A DNA stretch of 64,000 nt, from sequence record MF360958.1, one strand, 5' to 3'. The number at the start of each line of letters is the position of its first letter. Position 1 is the first letter of the stretch. The notes beneath the pieces are model-generated. The model was not told where the DNA came from and made no database searches. It saw only the letters and a program-made list of their open reading frames with translations. Positions 44,022 to 54,792 of the stretch are shown here, one piece after another. A program made the translations under genes and the position numbers.

Positions 44022-47000
44022 TTAACTCCAAAATCCTGCACCAACAGTTCCGGGATCTACAGCAACACCACGAATTCTATTACTAGTTGTAAAGCTCCAT
44101 ACCTCGTGACCCGAGCTGTCAATCCTACGTAAAACTCTCTGATCACCATGATTACCACCACCATACACGTTACCATCTTGGTCTACCGCTACGCTTTTAA
44201 CTGCATCATCATATCCAGTAAATTTCCATACATCATTGCCTGAGCTATCAATCTTACGTATACCTTCATCTCGACTACCAGTATAAACATTACCATTTTG
44301 ATCTACCGCTATACTATTATGAACATATGCATCACCACTCCTACTCCATATTAAATTTCCTGAACTATCAAACTTGCTTGCAAGCTCTTCAACAGAAGTG
44401 CTATATACATTACCATCTTGATCTACCGCTACGCTTCGAATAGGATTATCCTCGGGGTTATTAACCCATACTTCATTTCCATTACTATCTATTTTACGTA
44501 GAGTGTTATCAGATGAACCACTATAAACATTGCCATCTTGATCTACCGCTACACTTATAACATCATCAGTATGTCCAGTAAATTTCCATACCTCATTACC
44601 TGAACTATCAAGCTTACGTACAGTGTCATCAGCAGAACCACTATAAACATTGCCATCTTGATCTACCGCTACACTTATAACACCAAAAACAGTACTACTA
44701 TGTCCGGTAAATTTCCATACCTCATTGCCTGAACTATCAATCTTACGTACAGTGCTGTCCTCACCAGCACTGTATACGTTACCATCTTGGTCTACCGCTA
44801 CGCTTTCAACTTCATCAGTATGTCCGGTAAATTTCCATACCTCATTACCTCTACTATCAATCTTTCGTACAGTGTCATCAGAAGAACCACTATAAACATT
44901 CCAAATATAATTTAATGGTTCGTTAACAGTATAACTATAATCACAAGAAACACTGCCATCTGTTATTGTTATATTAGCGGTGGCTGATGAACTAACATTG
45001 GTTAAATCTAATGTAACTGTATTACCATTTACTGACACAGTACCTAAATCAGTAGTTGCGGTGTATGTTTTATTTGAATCATAATTACTAATTGTATAAT
45101 CATATATATTACCTGCAAGTATTGGATTAGAACCTTCTAATAATATATCATTCCAAAACCCTGCTCCAATTGCTCCGGGATCTACTGCAATATCATAAGC
45201 CGTATTTGTAAATCGCGTGAATGACCATAATTCATTACCTGAACTATCTAACTTGCGTACAGTTTCATCAGTAGAACCACTGTATACGTTACCATCTTGG
45301 TCTACCGCTACACCAACAACATAATCCGTATGTCCGGTAAATTTCCATACCTCATTACCTGAACTATCAAGCTTACGTAAGGTGTAATCATGATTATTAC
45401 TCGAACTACCACTACAACTATATACATTTCCATTTTGGTCTACCGATACACCATTAACATGATTAGTATGTCCAGTAAATTTCCATATCTCATTACCTGA
45501 ACTATCAAGATTACGTACAGTCTCGTCATCACTACCACTATATATGTAACCTGAAGCATCTACCGCTACACTATTAACATAATCCGTATGCCCGGTAAAT
45601 TTCCATACCTCATTACCTCTACTATCAATCTTACGTACAATGTTATCATATTCAGCAGTGTATACGTTACCATTTTGGTCAACCGCTACGTCATAAGCAA
45701 CATTAATACTCAATGACCATAGTTCTCTACCCGAGCTATCTATTTTATAAACACGGGTTGAGTCACTACAATACACCCAGCCATTTAAGTCTACCGCTAC
45801 CGCATGAACACGACCTAGATCCCTATCGTTTTTAACCCATACTTCATTACCTGAGCTATCAATCTTACGTACTGTATTATCAAGACCGCCACTATATACG
45901 TTTCCATGTTGGTCTACTGCTACACTATAAACAGCACCATCCTGATCATTGCTATGTCCAGTGTTATGTCCAGTAAATGACCATACTTCATTACCTGAGC
46001 TATCAATCTTACGTACTGTATTATCAAGACCAGCAACATATATGTTGCCACTACTACCTTCACCTGAGCCACCATCTATTTCTTCAACAGTATAAATATA
46101 ATCTGATGATACAGTCCCATCAGTTATCGTCACATTAGCAGTTTCTGCTGAATCAACATTACTTAAATCCAACGTTAAAATATTACCATCAACAGTAACA
46201 GTTCCTATATCAGTACTTGCACTGTAAGATTTACTTGAATCAAAATTCGTTATTGTGTATTGATAGGTATCGCCTATCTGTATCGGATCAGGCCCATCTA
46301 ATAATATATCATCATATAAATAAGTAACATTTTTGCTACCACTTATTTGCTCATTATTAATACTAATAGTAATTGTTTTTTCTGTATCATTACTTTCAGG
46401 AGTTTCTAAAGTTACAATATCATCACTAATTGAAACAGTTCCTATGTCAGTTGATACATTGTAATTTTTACTAGAATCATAATTAGTAATTGTATATTGA
46501 TAGGTATTATTAGATTCTACCTGCTCAGGTCCATCTAAATCAATATAGCTGTTTACTACAATAATAGGTGAAAATGATATAACATCATTTAATACTGTAG
46601 ATTTCCAAATGACATTTCCATTTGTGCTTATTTTATAAATTTTTTCCTCTAATGCATTGCTTATTATCAAATTATCTTGAGAATCTATATCATAATCATG
46701 ATAAGAAGGAATTTCACTATTACTCCATAATCTATTATCATTTGAATCATATCTCATTATATAAGGTGCATTGGGCGTCCCCCACTGATCTTTTTCCACC
46801 AATAGATAATAATTATCTTGCGAATCTATTTTTATATAAGGTGCTTTATCATAAATATCTTCAAAATTTTCAGACCATAATATAGTACTACCATCTATAC
46901 TAATTTTTTGAAGAACAATATTATTAGTAGTTGTAAAATTATCAAATGTAGCATATACATTTCCAACAGAATCTACATCAAATCCATTAATAGTGTGATT

Positions 47001-50000
47001 GGATTTTTGATAAGACCATACTTCATTAAGATTACTATCAAACTTTCTTATTATATCTTCATATTGTGTTCCGCCACCTTCTGGAAATCCACCTCTTTCT
47101 AAAATATAATAAGAACCATCAGGACTTAATTTAAAATCTATGAATTGACTATTATCAGAATTATTATCATGAGTTATTTCCCATACTTTATCTAGATTGC
47201 TGTCTAATTTAACGATCTGATTAATTGTATCATTACTAGAATTGGTATATTCGTGATTTATATAAAAATTGTTGTTATTATCAACCATGGTTACATTAAT
47301 AGAATTCATATTAGTTCCGAATTCTGAAACTTTATAATATTGCTTCAACGTTACAAATTGATGATTTTTATCAATTATTTCAATATTATTATTATTAGTT
47401 GAAGAATGATCAAATATATAAACATTCCCTTCGTTATCAGCAGTTATATTATCTGATGAGTAATGGGGTTTATAATGCCATAATAACTCCCCGTTGCTAT
47501 TAAGCCGTACTATACTTTCATAATTATCAGTAAATACATATACATTATCTAATATATTTCCATAATCCAATATATAATTAATCATATTAAGATAAAATCT
47601 ATTTACTTTATCACCATCATCTACAGTTAAATTAATTATAGCACTACTGTTTAATCCTGTTAAATCTACTGATATCGTATCATTATTTATTGAGACATTT
47701 CCTATATCAGTTGATACATTATAATTTTTACTAGAGTCATAATTTGAAATAGTAAATTCATATATATTATCTGGTTCCAGAATTTCAGGACCATTAAGTA
47801 TTATATTATTTTCTTCGTAAAAATAATCAGTTTTTATATTATTCGGAGCATCATTATCATTTAATTTAAAGCTTATTAATTCTTCACCATTACTATTATA
47901 TTTTTTAATATAAAGATAATCATCAAAATCTTGGAAATATAAATTATTAAAATCATCAGAAGTTAAATGTCTTATACTTTCATTAGTTATTTGTTTCTTC
48001 CATATTTGTTGACCATTTGAATCTATTTTATGAATATCATTATAATCACCAATATAAATATTTTGATCATTATCTATGGTTCCACTATAATATGATATTT
48101 CAGTATTACCAACATTTTCAGTATATGCAGTCCAAATAATTTCACCATCAGGATTAAATTTAGTGATATGATGTCTAGAAAATATATAAATATTTCCTTT
48201 CTTATCTGTTTCAAGATATTCTGGATAACTATTTTCTTCAACTCCGTCAACAGTTACATGACGTTCTACAGTAGAATCATAAATTCTAAAAAGATTTTTA
48301 TCAAATTTAATAAACACATATTCATTATTAAGTTGGTATATATTTTCACCTTCATCTACATATAAATTTCTATCAGTATGAGGTGTTAATACAGAATTGG
48401 CGACATTTCCTGAATTATCAACTTTATAAAGATGATATAAATTATCATTATTTTTATCTTCACCAATCATGTAATTATAATTTCCATCCCGAGAGCAGGC
48501 AATTGTTCTTTCAAAATTTTGTACTATATCAGAAAAATCATTATTGCTAATAATTGTTCCAAAACTATTTAAAATTATTAGATGATTATTATCTGTCAAT
48601 ATATGAACTTTACCTTTATAATCAATATCAAAATCCTTTATAAATGCAGAATTTGGAATGGAATTATGCCATATTGGTTCTAAATTCTCATCAAGTTTAT
48701 ATATTGCACCACTATAATCAACATAAATATTACCATTATAATTTGGTTTTTTGGTAACAGTATAAGTATAATCTGATGATACAGTCTCATCAGTTATCGT
48801 CACATTAGCAGTTCCTGCTGAATCAACATTACTTAAATCCAACGTTAAAATATCACCATCAATAGTAACAGTTCCTATATCAGTACTTGCACTATAAGAT
48901 TTACTTGAATCAAAATTCGTTATTGTGTATTGATAGCTATCGCCTATCTGTATGGGATCAGGCCCATCTAGTAATATATCATCATATAAATAAGTAACAT
49001 CTTTACTACTACTTACATGTTCATCATTAATACTAATAATAATTGTTTTTTCTGTATCATTACTTTCAGGAGTTTCTAATGTAACTGTGTTATCACTAAT
49101 TGAAACAGTTCCTATATCAGTTGATACATTGTAATTTTTACTTGAATCATAATTAGTAATTGTGTATTGATAGGTATTATTAGATTCTACCTGCTCAGGT
49201 CCATCTAGTAATATATCATCATATAAATAAGTAACATCTTTATTGCTGCTAACTTGTCCATCATTAATATTAATAGTAATTATTTTATTGCTATTATTGC
49301 TATCAGGTGTTTCTAATGTAACTGTGTCATCACTAATTGAAACAGTTCCTATATCAGTACTTACACTATAAGATTTACTAGAATCATAATTAGTAATTGT
49401 GTATTGATAGGTATTATTAGATTCTACCTGCTCAGGTCCATCTAATGCTATACTATCATATAGATACGTTACATTTTTGCTACCACTTAATTGCTCATTA
49501 TTAATACTAATAGTAATTGTTTTTTCTGTATCATTACTTTCAGGAGTTTCTAATGTAACTGTGTTATCACTAATTGAAACAGTTCCTATATCAGTTGATA
49601 CATTGTAATTTTTACTTGAATCATAATTAGTAATTGTGTATTGATAGGTATTATTAGATTCTACCTGCTCAGGCCCATCTAATGCTATACTATCATATAA
49701 ATAATCTACACTAATATTAGAAGAAACAGTTCCATCATCAATACTAATAGTTATAGAATCATATGTTATATTATTAATATCAGGTGTTTCTAAAGTTACA
49801 ATATCACCATCAATAGTAACATTTCCTATATCAGTTGATACATTGTAATTTTTACTTGAATCATAATTAGTAATTGTGTACTGATAGGTATTATTAGATT
49901 CGACTTGCTCAGGTCCATCTAGTAATATATCATCATATAAATAAGTAACATCTTTACTACTACTTACATGTTCATCATTAATACTAATAATAATTGTTTT

Positions 50001-53000
50001 ATTCATATCATTGCTTTCAGGTGTTTCTAATATAACTGTATCATTAGTAATTGAAACAGTTCCTATATCAGTACTTACATTGTAATTTTTACTAGAGTCA
50101 TAATTAGTGATTGTGTATTGATAGGTATTATTAGATTCTACCTGTTCAGGTCCATCTAGTAATATATCATCATATAAATAAGTAACATCTTTACTACTAC
50201 TTACATGTTCATCATTAATACTAATAATAATTGTTTTTTCTGTATCATTACTATTAGGTGTTTCTAAAGTTACAATATCATTAGTAATTGAAATAGTTCC
50301 TATATCAGTTGATACATTGTAATTTTTACTAGAATCATAATTAGTAATTGTATATTGATAGCTATTATTAGATTCTACCTGCTCAGGTCCATCTAGTAAT
50401 ATATCATCATAAGGATATGTTATATTAACATCCGTGAAAACTTCACCATCATCAATACTAATTGTTATAATTTTATTGCTATTATTGTTATCTGGTGTTT
50501 CTAATGTAACTGTATCATTAGTAATTGAAATAGTTCCAATATCAGTTGATACATTGTAATTTTTACTAGAATCATAATTAGTAATTGTGTACTGATAGGT
50601 ATTATTAGATTCTACCTGTTCAGGTCCATCTAATTTTATATCATCGTAAAGATATCTAATATCATAATCACTAAATATATTCCCATCATCAATACTAATA
50701 GTAATTGTTTTTTCTGTGTTATTGCTATTGGGTGTTTTTAATGTAACAATATCATCACTAATTGAAACGGTTCCTAAATTAGATGAAACGTTATAATTTT
50801 TAGAAGATTTATAATTTTCTATAATATATTCATAATTTTTGTTAGATTTTACTGAACTTGGTCCATCTAACAATATTACATCAAATAAAAAATCCATAAC
50901 GTAATCAGTTGTAACAGTACTATCAGTTATAGATACCGTTAATACTTCATTAAAAGCATTAGATTCTGGCGTTTCTAGTGTGATTTTTTTACCATCTATA
51001 GAGACATCCCCTAGATCAGATGAAACATTGTAATCTTTAAAAGGATCATAATTAATAATATAAAGTTTATAAGTATTAGATGTTTCTATAACTTCTGGAC
51101 CATCTATTAATATCTCATCATAAACGTATCTACTTGTATGATCTGTATATGCTACATCATTATTAACTGTTATGGTTGCAGTTCTTTCACTTCTATTATC
51201 TTCAGGTGTTTGTAAAGTAATTGTATCCCCTTCTATAGAAACACTTCCTGTATCACTTGTTACATTATAGCTTTTTTCTGGATCATAATTAGTAATTTTG
51301 TATTCATATGTGTTATTAGATTTTATTATTTCAGGACCATCTAACTCTATTACATTATATGTAGATGTGAGAAATGGACATATAGGTCTTGTTTCATTAT
51401 TATCCCCAATAATAACACCCGCACAATAAATATTACCTTCTTTATCCTGAGCAAATGTAGAATATGTTCCATTAGAAATTGTTTGAATAAACGGGATATC
51501 AGAAGACATATCACATTGACTATAATCATTATTACCGAAACAATGAACAATTCCATCTGATGTTAATGCTACAATATGATACGAACATCCCATTGATGAA
51601 ATTTGAACAACATTATCGATGTCTTTTACTTGTTTAATATTAGATGTATTATTTTCTGCACCCCAAATTTCAACTTTACCATTTGTACGTAATGCAGCAC
51701 TAAAATCATTTCCTGCACAAACTTGTATTATATCTTTAAAATCTTCAGGAACATTACATTCACCGTGGTTATTCTTCCCCCAGCATTTAATAGAACCGTT
51801 TGACAATAATACAATATTATGTCCAGAACCACTATCAATTTGTACTATATTTCCTAAATTTTGTGGTATGATAGTTTGTCCCCAACTATTATCACCCCAT
51901 GCATACAGTGTTCTATCTGATAATAATGCTAAACTATGAAAATCACCGGTGGAAATCATTATGACTGGTTTTGATAATACACTAGGCTGAGAAGCTTGAC
52001 TTAGATTATTTTGTCCACGTCCTTTAACTGAGTTGTTATCAATAACAAGAAAATGATATTTACTGGAAGCAATTTGTGAAACATTTTGAGTTTGAATAGG
52101 TTCATATTCTTTCCATTGACTTGTTTGAGCATACCATCCCCAATATTTAACCTCATTTTCCGTGAGCGAACTAATAGCAAATTCTATTGTACTTGTAATA
52201 TGATTGGGTATGCCTCTGAATACTAAATTTAAATCTTCAACATCTTCTATATTATCTTTTCCTATTAAATAGTGTTCTTTTATTAATTCAGCATCAATAA
52301 ATTTATCATAGAAAACTAACTCATCGAAATAAAAAGATGAATTGTTTCCCGAAGAGGTATTAATTGTTAATGTATGATCTAAAAATCGATTTGCCCAATT
52401 TACACCACAAATTTCTAATGATAGCTCACCATTAACATAACATTGAAATAAACGTAATTCACTTATCTTAATAACAATATGATTCCAAGCATCAAATTCA
52501 AATTCTTCAATAGGTAAAATTAAATCATTAACATTTTCTCCATTTTGATTATTTTCAAATATTTTAATAAAAATTAAATTATCATCTTGATAATCTTTAA
52601 TAACTCTGATAAACCATTGATCATCATTACTCTTAAATTCCATAATTATATGAGAATCATCATTAGAACCATCATAATGAATCCAAAATTCAATTGAACC
52701 ATTATCCCATTTATATACAGGAGGAAATTCATTTAAATACGTACTACTATTATTGTCGTAATAAACACCAAAACCTTCTAAACCAGAACGTGCAATATTT
52801 ACACCACTTTCATGGTTTAATTTAACATCATTAATTTCATCAATAGCTTTGGTTCCTCTATTTTCTTGAAAACGCCAATAGTAACTTGGTTCATCATATA
52901 AAATACGTTCTTGATATGTTTTATCCCATTCGGTATTTTCATTTACATCACTACTATAATCAGGAATTTTCTGAATAACACCCCAAGGTAAATAATTATC

Positions 53001-54392
53001 ATCATTTATGACAAAATTTCCTATAGTATTAATACGTGCCCAACCATTATCATTAAATAATGAAGTTGCAGGATGTAGGCTTATATTTTCGATGTAATTA
53101 CTAAAAGAATGTGCAATGATAAGTTGCTTATCAATATAAATTTCAATATCATAAGTATTAAAATTAAGAAATATGCTTACTACTGATTGATTGTTAAGAT
53201 CATACGATTGTCCCGTGCTTATTTTTTTATAATTCCGATTAATAGCAATATATAATATCCATTCTTCATCTTCACGATATACTGCTAAAGAATTTTCAGA
53301 ACAAGGGAAGCTTGAACCTAATTTAGTATAATTACTAGCTTTTTTATCAGCTAAACCAAAACCTATACTATCATTATTTTTTTCACCATAATAATAAATA
53401 TCAAATTGATATCTTCCCGAATTATTATTTCTATATCCTAAAGAGTTATTCCATATATTTTCAGGAGATGATTTTTTATAATAAACAGTGTCATTATAAT
53501 AAGTTTGCGTTTCAAATCTTAGATATCCAGAAGAAATTTCAGGGAACCATCCACCTAATGAAGGTAACGTTTTACAAACTTCATTTTGATTCTTAATTTG
53601 TTCGGTATCTAACTTATAATCATAAAAAGCAATCTCATCAAAACCATATGGATTATTATTTGTACTATACCCAAATGCTAATTTCAAAGGTTTGTTATTG
53701 GTAGGTACTTGTGTTGTTATTATTTTTTCAAAGTATAATTCACCATCATAATAAATGTTTAACGTACTATTCTCAAAAGTTATTATAAATTGTTGGAAAA
53801 CTGAGAGTTCAATATTATTAATTACAAATCTATCTTGATATAATGGTTCAGGAATAGTATTATCGCTATTGATTGTTTGAGAATCCCATATATTAAATTT
53901 TAATAGAAAGTCATAATTTTTTGTATTACCGTTGAATATTTGCTCGCATTCTATAGAAAATTGGTTTATATTTATATTTGTAGGTTCTCTTAAACCAAAA
54001 TCAGAATCATCATTACCAAAACTTAATATTTTGTTTTCGTTATCAAATGGTTTATACCAAAATTGTATACTAAATCCATTCGGGTAATCTAATAATGATC
54101 TATTTAAATCTGCTAAAAACGCATTATTTTCATTTCCAATAATTCCAGTTATGGCAGATGAAGAAACCAAACCATCAATAATATCAAAAGAATAATTTAA
54201 AGATGTATCATATATTTTAAATTTTGATCTATTAAAAAATCCATCAATTGGATCATCAATTATATTTTCAAAATACCAATATTCATATGGTTTTGCGTTT
54301 ATAATCTGACGATGACAATTGTTATTAGTATCAATACGTTTTTTCCGTATATTAGTTAATATATCTACGCCATTATAATTTTTATAGCCCAT
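44022..54392 (-). CDS. 3456-aa giant tail/adhesin: LamG, SPRY, LamG, RCC1 repeats, about 15 Ig-like 80-aa repeats interleaved with four beta-propeller blocks
   Basis: FSIQFWY..FDEIAFY; GRYQFDI..IGFGLA; WRFQE..GSIEFW..WNHIV; STGDFHSLAL..AWGDN..GQ; LDGPEQVESNNTYQYTITNYD; FTGHTD.V..VAVD. Confidence 0.8.
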   Translation of the reverse strand: MGYKNYNGVDILTNIRKKRIDTNNNCHRQIINAKPYEYWYFENIIDDPIDGFFNRSKFKIYDTSLNYSFDIIDGLVSSSAITGIIGNENNAFLADLNRSLLDYPNGFSIQFWYKPFDNENKILSFGNDDSDFGLREPTNININQFSIECEQIFNGNTKNYDFLLKFNIWDSQTINSDNTIPEPLYQDRFVINNIELSVFQQFIITFENSTLNIYYDGELYFEKIITTQVPTNNKPLKLAFGYSTNNNPYGFDEIAFYDYKLDTEQIKNQNEVCKTLPSLGGWFPEISSGYLRFETQTYYNDTVYYKKSSPENIWNNSLGYRNNNSGRYQFDIYYYGEKNNDSIGFGLADKKASNYTKLGSSFPCSENSLAVYREDEEWILYIAINRNYKKISTGQSYDLNNQSVVSIFLNFNTYDIEIYIDKQLIIAHSFSNYIENISLHPATSLFNDNGWARINTIGNFVINDDNYLPWGVIQKIPDYSSDVNENTEWDKTYQERILYDEPSYYWRFQENRGTKAIDEINDVKLNHESGVNIARSGLEGFGVYYDNNSSTYLNEFPPVYKWDNGSIEFWIHYDGSNDDSHIIMEFKSNDDQWFIRVIKDYQDDNLIFIKIFENNQNGENVNDLILPIEEFEFDAWNHIVIKISELRLFQCYVNGELSLEICGVNWANRFLDHTLTINTSSGNNSSFYFDELVFYDKFIDAELIKEHYLIGKDNIEDVEDLNLVFRGIPNHITSTIEFAISSLTENEVKYWGWYAQTSQWKEYEPIQTQNVSQIASSKYHFLVIDNNSVKGRGQNNLSQASQPSVLSKPVIMISTGDFHSLALLSDRTLYAWGDNSWGQTIIPQNLGNIVQIDSGSGHNIVLLSNGSIKCWGKNNHGECNVPEDFKDIIQVCAGNDFSAALRTNGKVEIWGAENNTSNIKQVKDIDNVVQISSMGCSYHIVALTSDGIVHCFGNNDYSQCDMSSDIPFIQTISNGTYSTFAQDKEGNIYCAGVIIGDNNETRPICPFLTSTYNVIELDGPEIIKSNNTYEYKITNYDPEKSYNVTSDTGSVSIEGDTITLQTPEDNRSERTATITVNNDVAYTDHTSRYVYDEILIDGPEVIETSNTYKLYIINYDPFKDYNVSSDLGDVSIDGKKITLETPESNAFNEVLTVSITDSTVTTDYVMDFLFDVILLDGPSSVKSNKNYEYIIENYKSSKNYNVSSNLGTVSISDDIVTLKTPNSNNTEKTITISIDDGNIFSDYDIRYLYDDIKLDGPEQVESNNTYQYTITNYDSSKNYNVSTDIGTISITNDTVTLETPDNNNSNKIITISIDDGEVFTDVNITYPYDDILLDGPEQVESNNSYQYTITNYDSSKNYNVSTDIGTISITNDIVTLETPNSNDTEKTIIISINDEHVSSSKDVTYLYDDILLDGPEQVESNNTYQYTITNYDSSKNYNVSTDIGTVSITNDTVILETPESNDMNKTIIISINDEHVSSSKDVTYLYDDILLDGPEQVESNNTYQYTITNYDSSKNYNVSTDIGNVTIDGDIVTLETPDINNITYDSITISIDDGTVSSNISVDYLYDSIALDGPEQVESNNTYQYTITNYDSSKNYNVSTDIGTVSISDNTVTLETPESNDTEKTITISINNEQLSGSKNVTYLYDSIALDGPEQVESNNTYQYTITNYDSSKSYSVSTDIGTVSISDDTVTLETPDSNNSNKIITININDGQVSSNKDVTYLYDDILLDGPEQVESNNTYQYTITNYDSSKNYNVSTDIGTVSISDNTVTLETPESNDTEKTIIISINDEHVSSSKDVTYLYDDILLDGPDPIQIGDSYQYTITNFDSSKSYSASTDIGTVTIDGDILTLDLSNVDSAGTANVTITDETVSSDYTYTVTKKPNYNGNIYVDYSGAIYKLDENLEPIWHNSIPNSAFIKDFDIDYKGKVHILTDNNHLIILNSFGTIISNNDFSDIVQNFERTIACSRDGNYNYMIGEDKNNDNLYHLYKVDNSGNVANSVLTPHTDRNLYVDEGENIYQLNNEYVFIKFDKNLFRIYDSTVERHVTVDGVEENSYPEYLETDKKGNIYIFSRHHITKFNPDGEIIWTAYTENVGNTEISYYSGTIDNDQNIYIGDYNDIHKIDSNGQQIWKKQITNESIRHLTSDDFNNLYFQDFDDYLYIKKYNSNGEELISFKLNDNDAPNNIKTDYFYEENNIILNGPEILEPDNIYEFTISNYDSSKNYNVSTDIGNVSINNDTISVDLTGLNSSAIINLTVDDGDKVNRFYLNMINYILDYGNILDNVYVFTDNYESIVRLNSNGELLWHYKPHYSSDNITADNEGNVYIFDHSSTNNNNIEIIDKNHQFVTLKQYYKVSEFGTNMNSINVTMVDNNNNFYINHEYTNSSNDTINQIVKLDSNLDKVWEITHDNNSDNSQFIDFKLSPDGSYYILERGGFPEGGGTQYEDIIRKFDSNLNEVWSYQKSNHTINGFDVDSVGNVYATFDNFTTTNNIVLQKISIDGSTILWSENFEDIYDKAPYIKIDSQDNYYLLVEKDQWGTPNAPYIMRYDSNDNRLWSNSEIPSYHDYDIDSQDNLIISNALEEKIYKISTNGNVIWKSTVLNDVISFSPIIVVNSYIDLDGPEQVESNNTYQYTITNYDSSKNYNVSTDIGTVSISDDIVTLETPESNDTEKTITISINNEQISGSKNVTYLYDDILLDGPDPIQIGDTYQYTITNFDSSKSYSASTDIGTVTVDGNILTLDLSNVDSAETANVTITDGTVSSDYIYTVEEIDGGSGEGSSGNIYVAGLDNTVRKIDSSGNEVWSFTGHNTGHSNDQDGAVYSVAVDQHGNVYSGGLDNTVRKIDSSGNEVWVKNDRDLGRVHAVAVDLNGWVYCSDSTRVYKIDSSGRELWSLSINVAYDVAVDQNGNVYTAEYDNIVRKIDSRGNEVWKFTGHTDYVNSVAVDASGYIYSGSDDETVRNLDSSGNEIWKFTGHTNHVNGVSVDQNGNVYSCSGSSSNNHDYTLRKLDSSGNEVWKFTGHTDYVVGVAVDQDGNVYSGSTDETVRKLDSSGNELWSFTRFTNTAYDIAVDPGAIGAGFWNDILLEGSNPILAGNIYDYTISNYDSNKTYTATTDLGTVSVNGNTVTLDLTNVSSSATANITITDGSVSCDYSYTVNEPLNYIWNVYSGSSDDTVRKIDSRGNEVWKFTGHTDEVESVAVDQDGNVYSAGEDSTVRKIDSSGNEVWKFTGHSSTVFGVISVAVDQDGNVYSGSADDTVRKLDSSGNEVWKFTGHTDDVISVAVDQDGNVYSGSSDNTLRKIDSNGNEVWVNNPEDNPIRSVAVDQDGNVYSTSVEELASKFDSSGNLIWSRSGDAYVHNSIAVDQNGNVYTGSRDEGIRKIDSSGNDVWKFTGYDDAVKSVAVDQDGNVYGGGNHGDQRVLRRIDSSGHEVWSFTTSNRIRGVAVDPGTVGAGFWS
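48960..51350 (-). repeat. coding tandem repeat, 240-nt unit
   Basis: CCATCTA(G/A)TAA-type anchors recur at 240-nt spacing (about 48963, 49201, 49441, 49681, 49921, 50161, 50401, 50641). Confidence 0.85.
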
Positions 54393-54790
54393 TATAGCAC
54401 CCAGTGTTTTTTGTAATGTTTATGAGAATTATCTTTATTTTTATAATTTAGAAATTCTATTTCATCAATAATAAAATATTCTTTTGATACTTCATAAAAT
54501 TCAATACCTTCTATAGAAGGATTATATAAAGCGATCTTATATACATTTTCCTCATCTTCTAATAATTTTGCTTTTACAAATCGTTGATTATAACATCTTA
54601 ATGCTGAGATACAGTCACAATTATTTTTAATATTTGGTATCATAATATCCCTAATGCATGAAAGATGTTCAAACATTTTGTAATAATTTACATATTTATA
54701 ATTATTATGATTTGTATATTCCATCGTTTTACTAGCAGGTATTAATTTTTTATCAGCACAGTCATATTGATCATTCATAATTTTCTCCAT
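54392..54790 (-). CDS. hypothetical protein coupled to the giant tail gene
   Basis: Stop overlaps the giant gene start. Confidence 0.55.
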   Translation of the reverse strand: MEKIMNDQYDCADKKLIPASKTMEYTNHNNYKYVNYYKMFEHLSCIRDIMIPNIKNNCDCISALRCYNQRFVKAKLLEDEENVYKIALYNPSIEGIEFYEVSKEYFIIDEIEFLNYKNKDNSHKHYKKHWVL

Positions 54791-54792
54791 TT

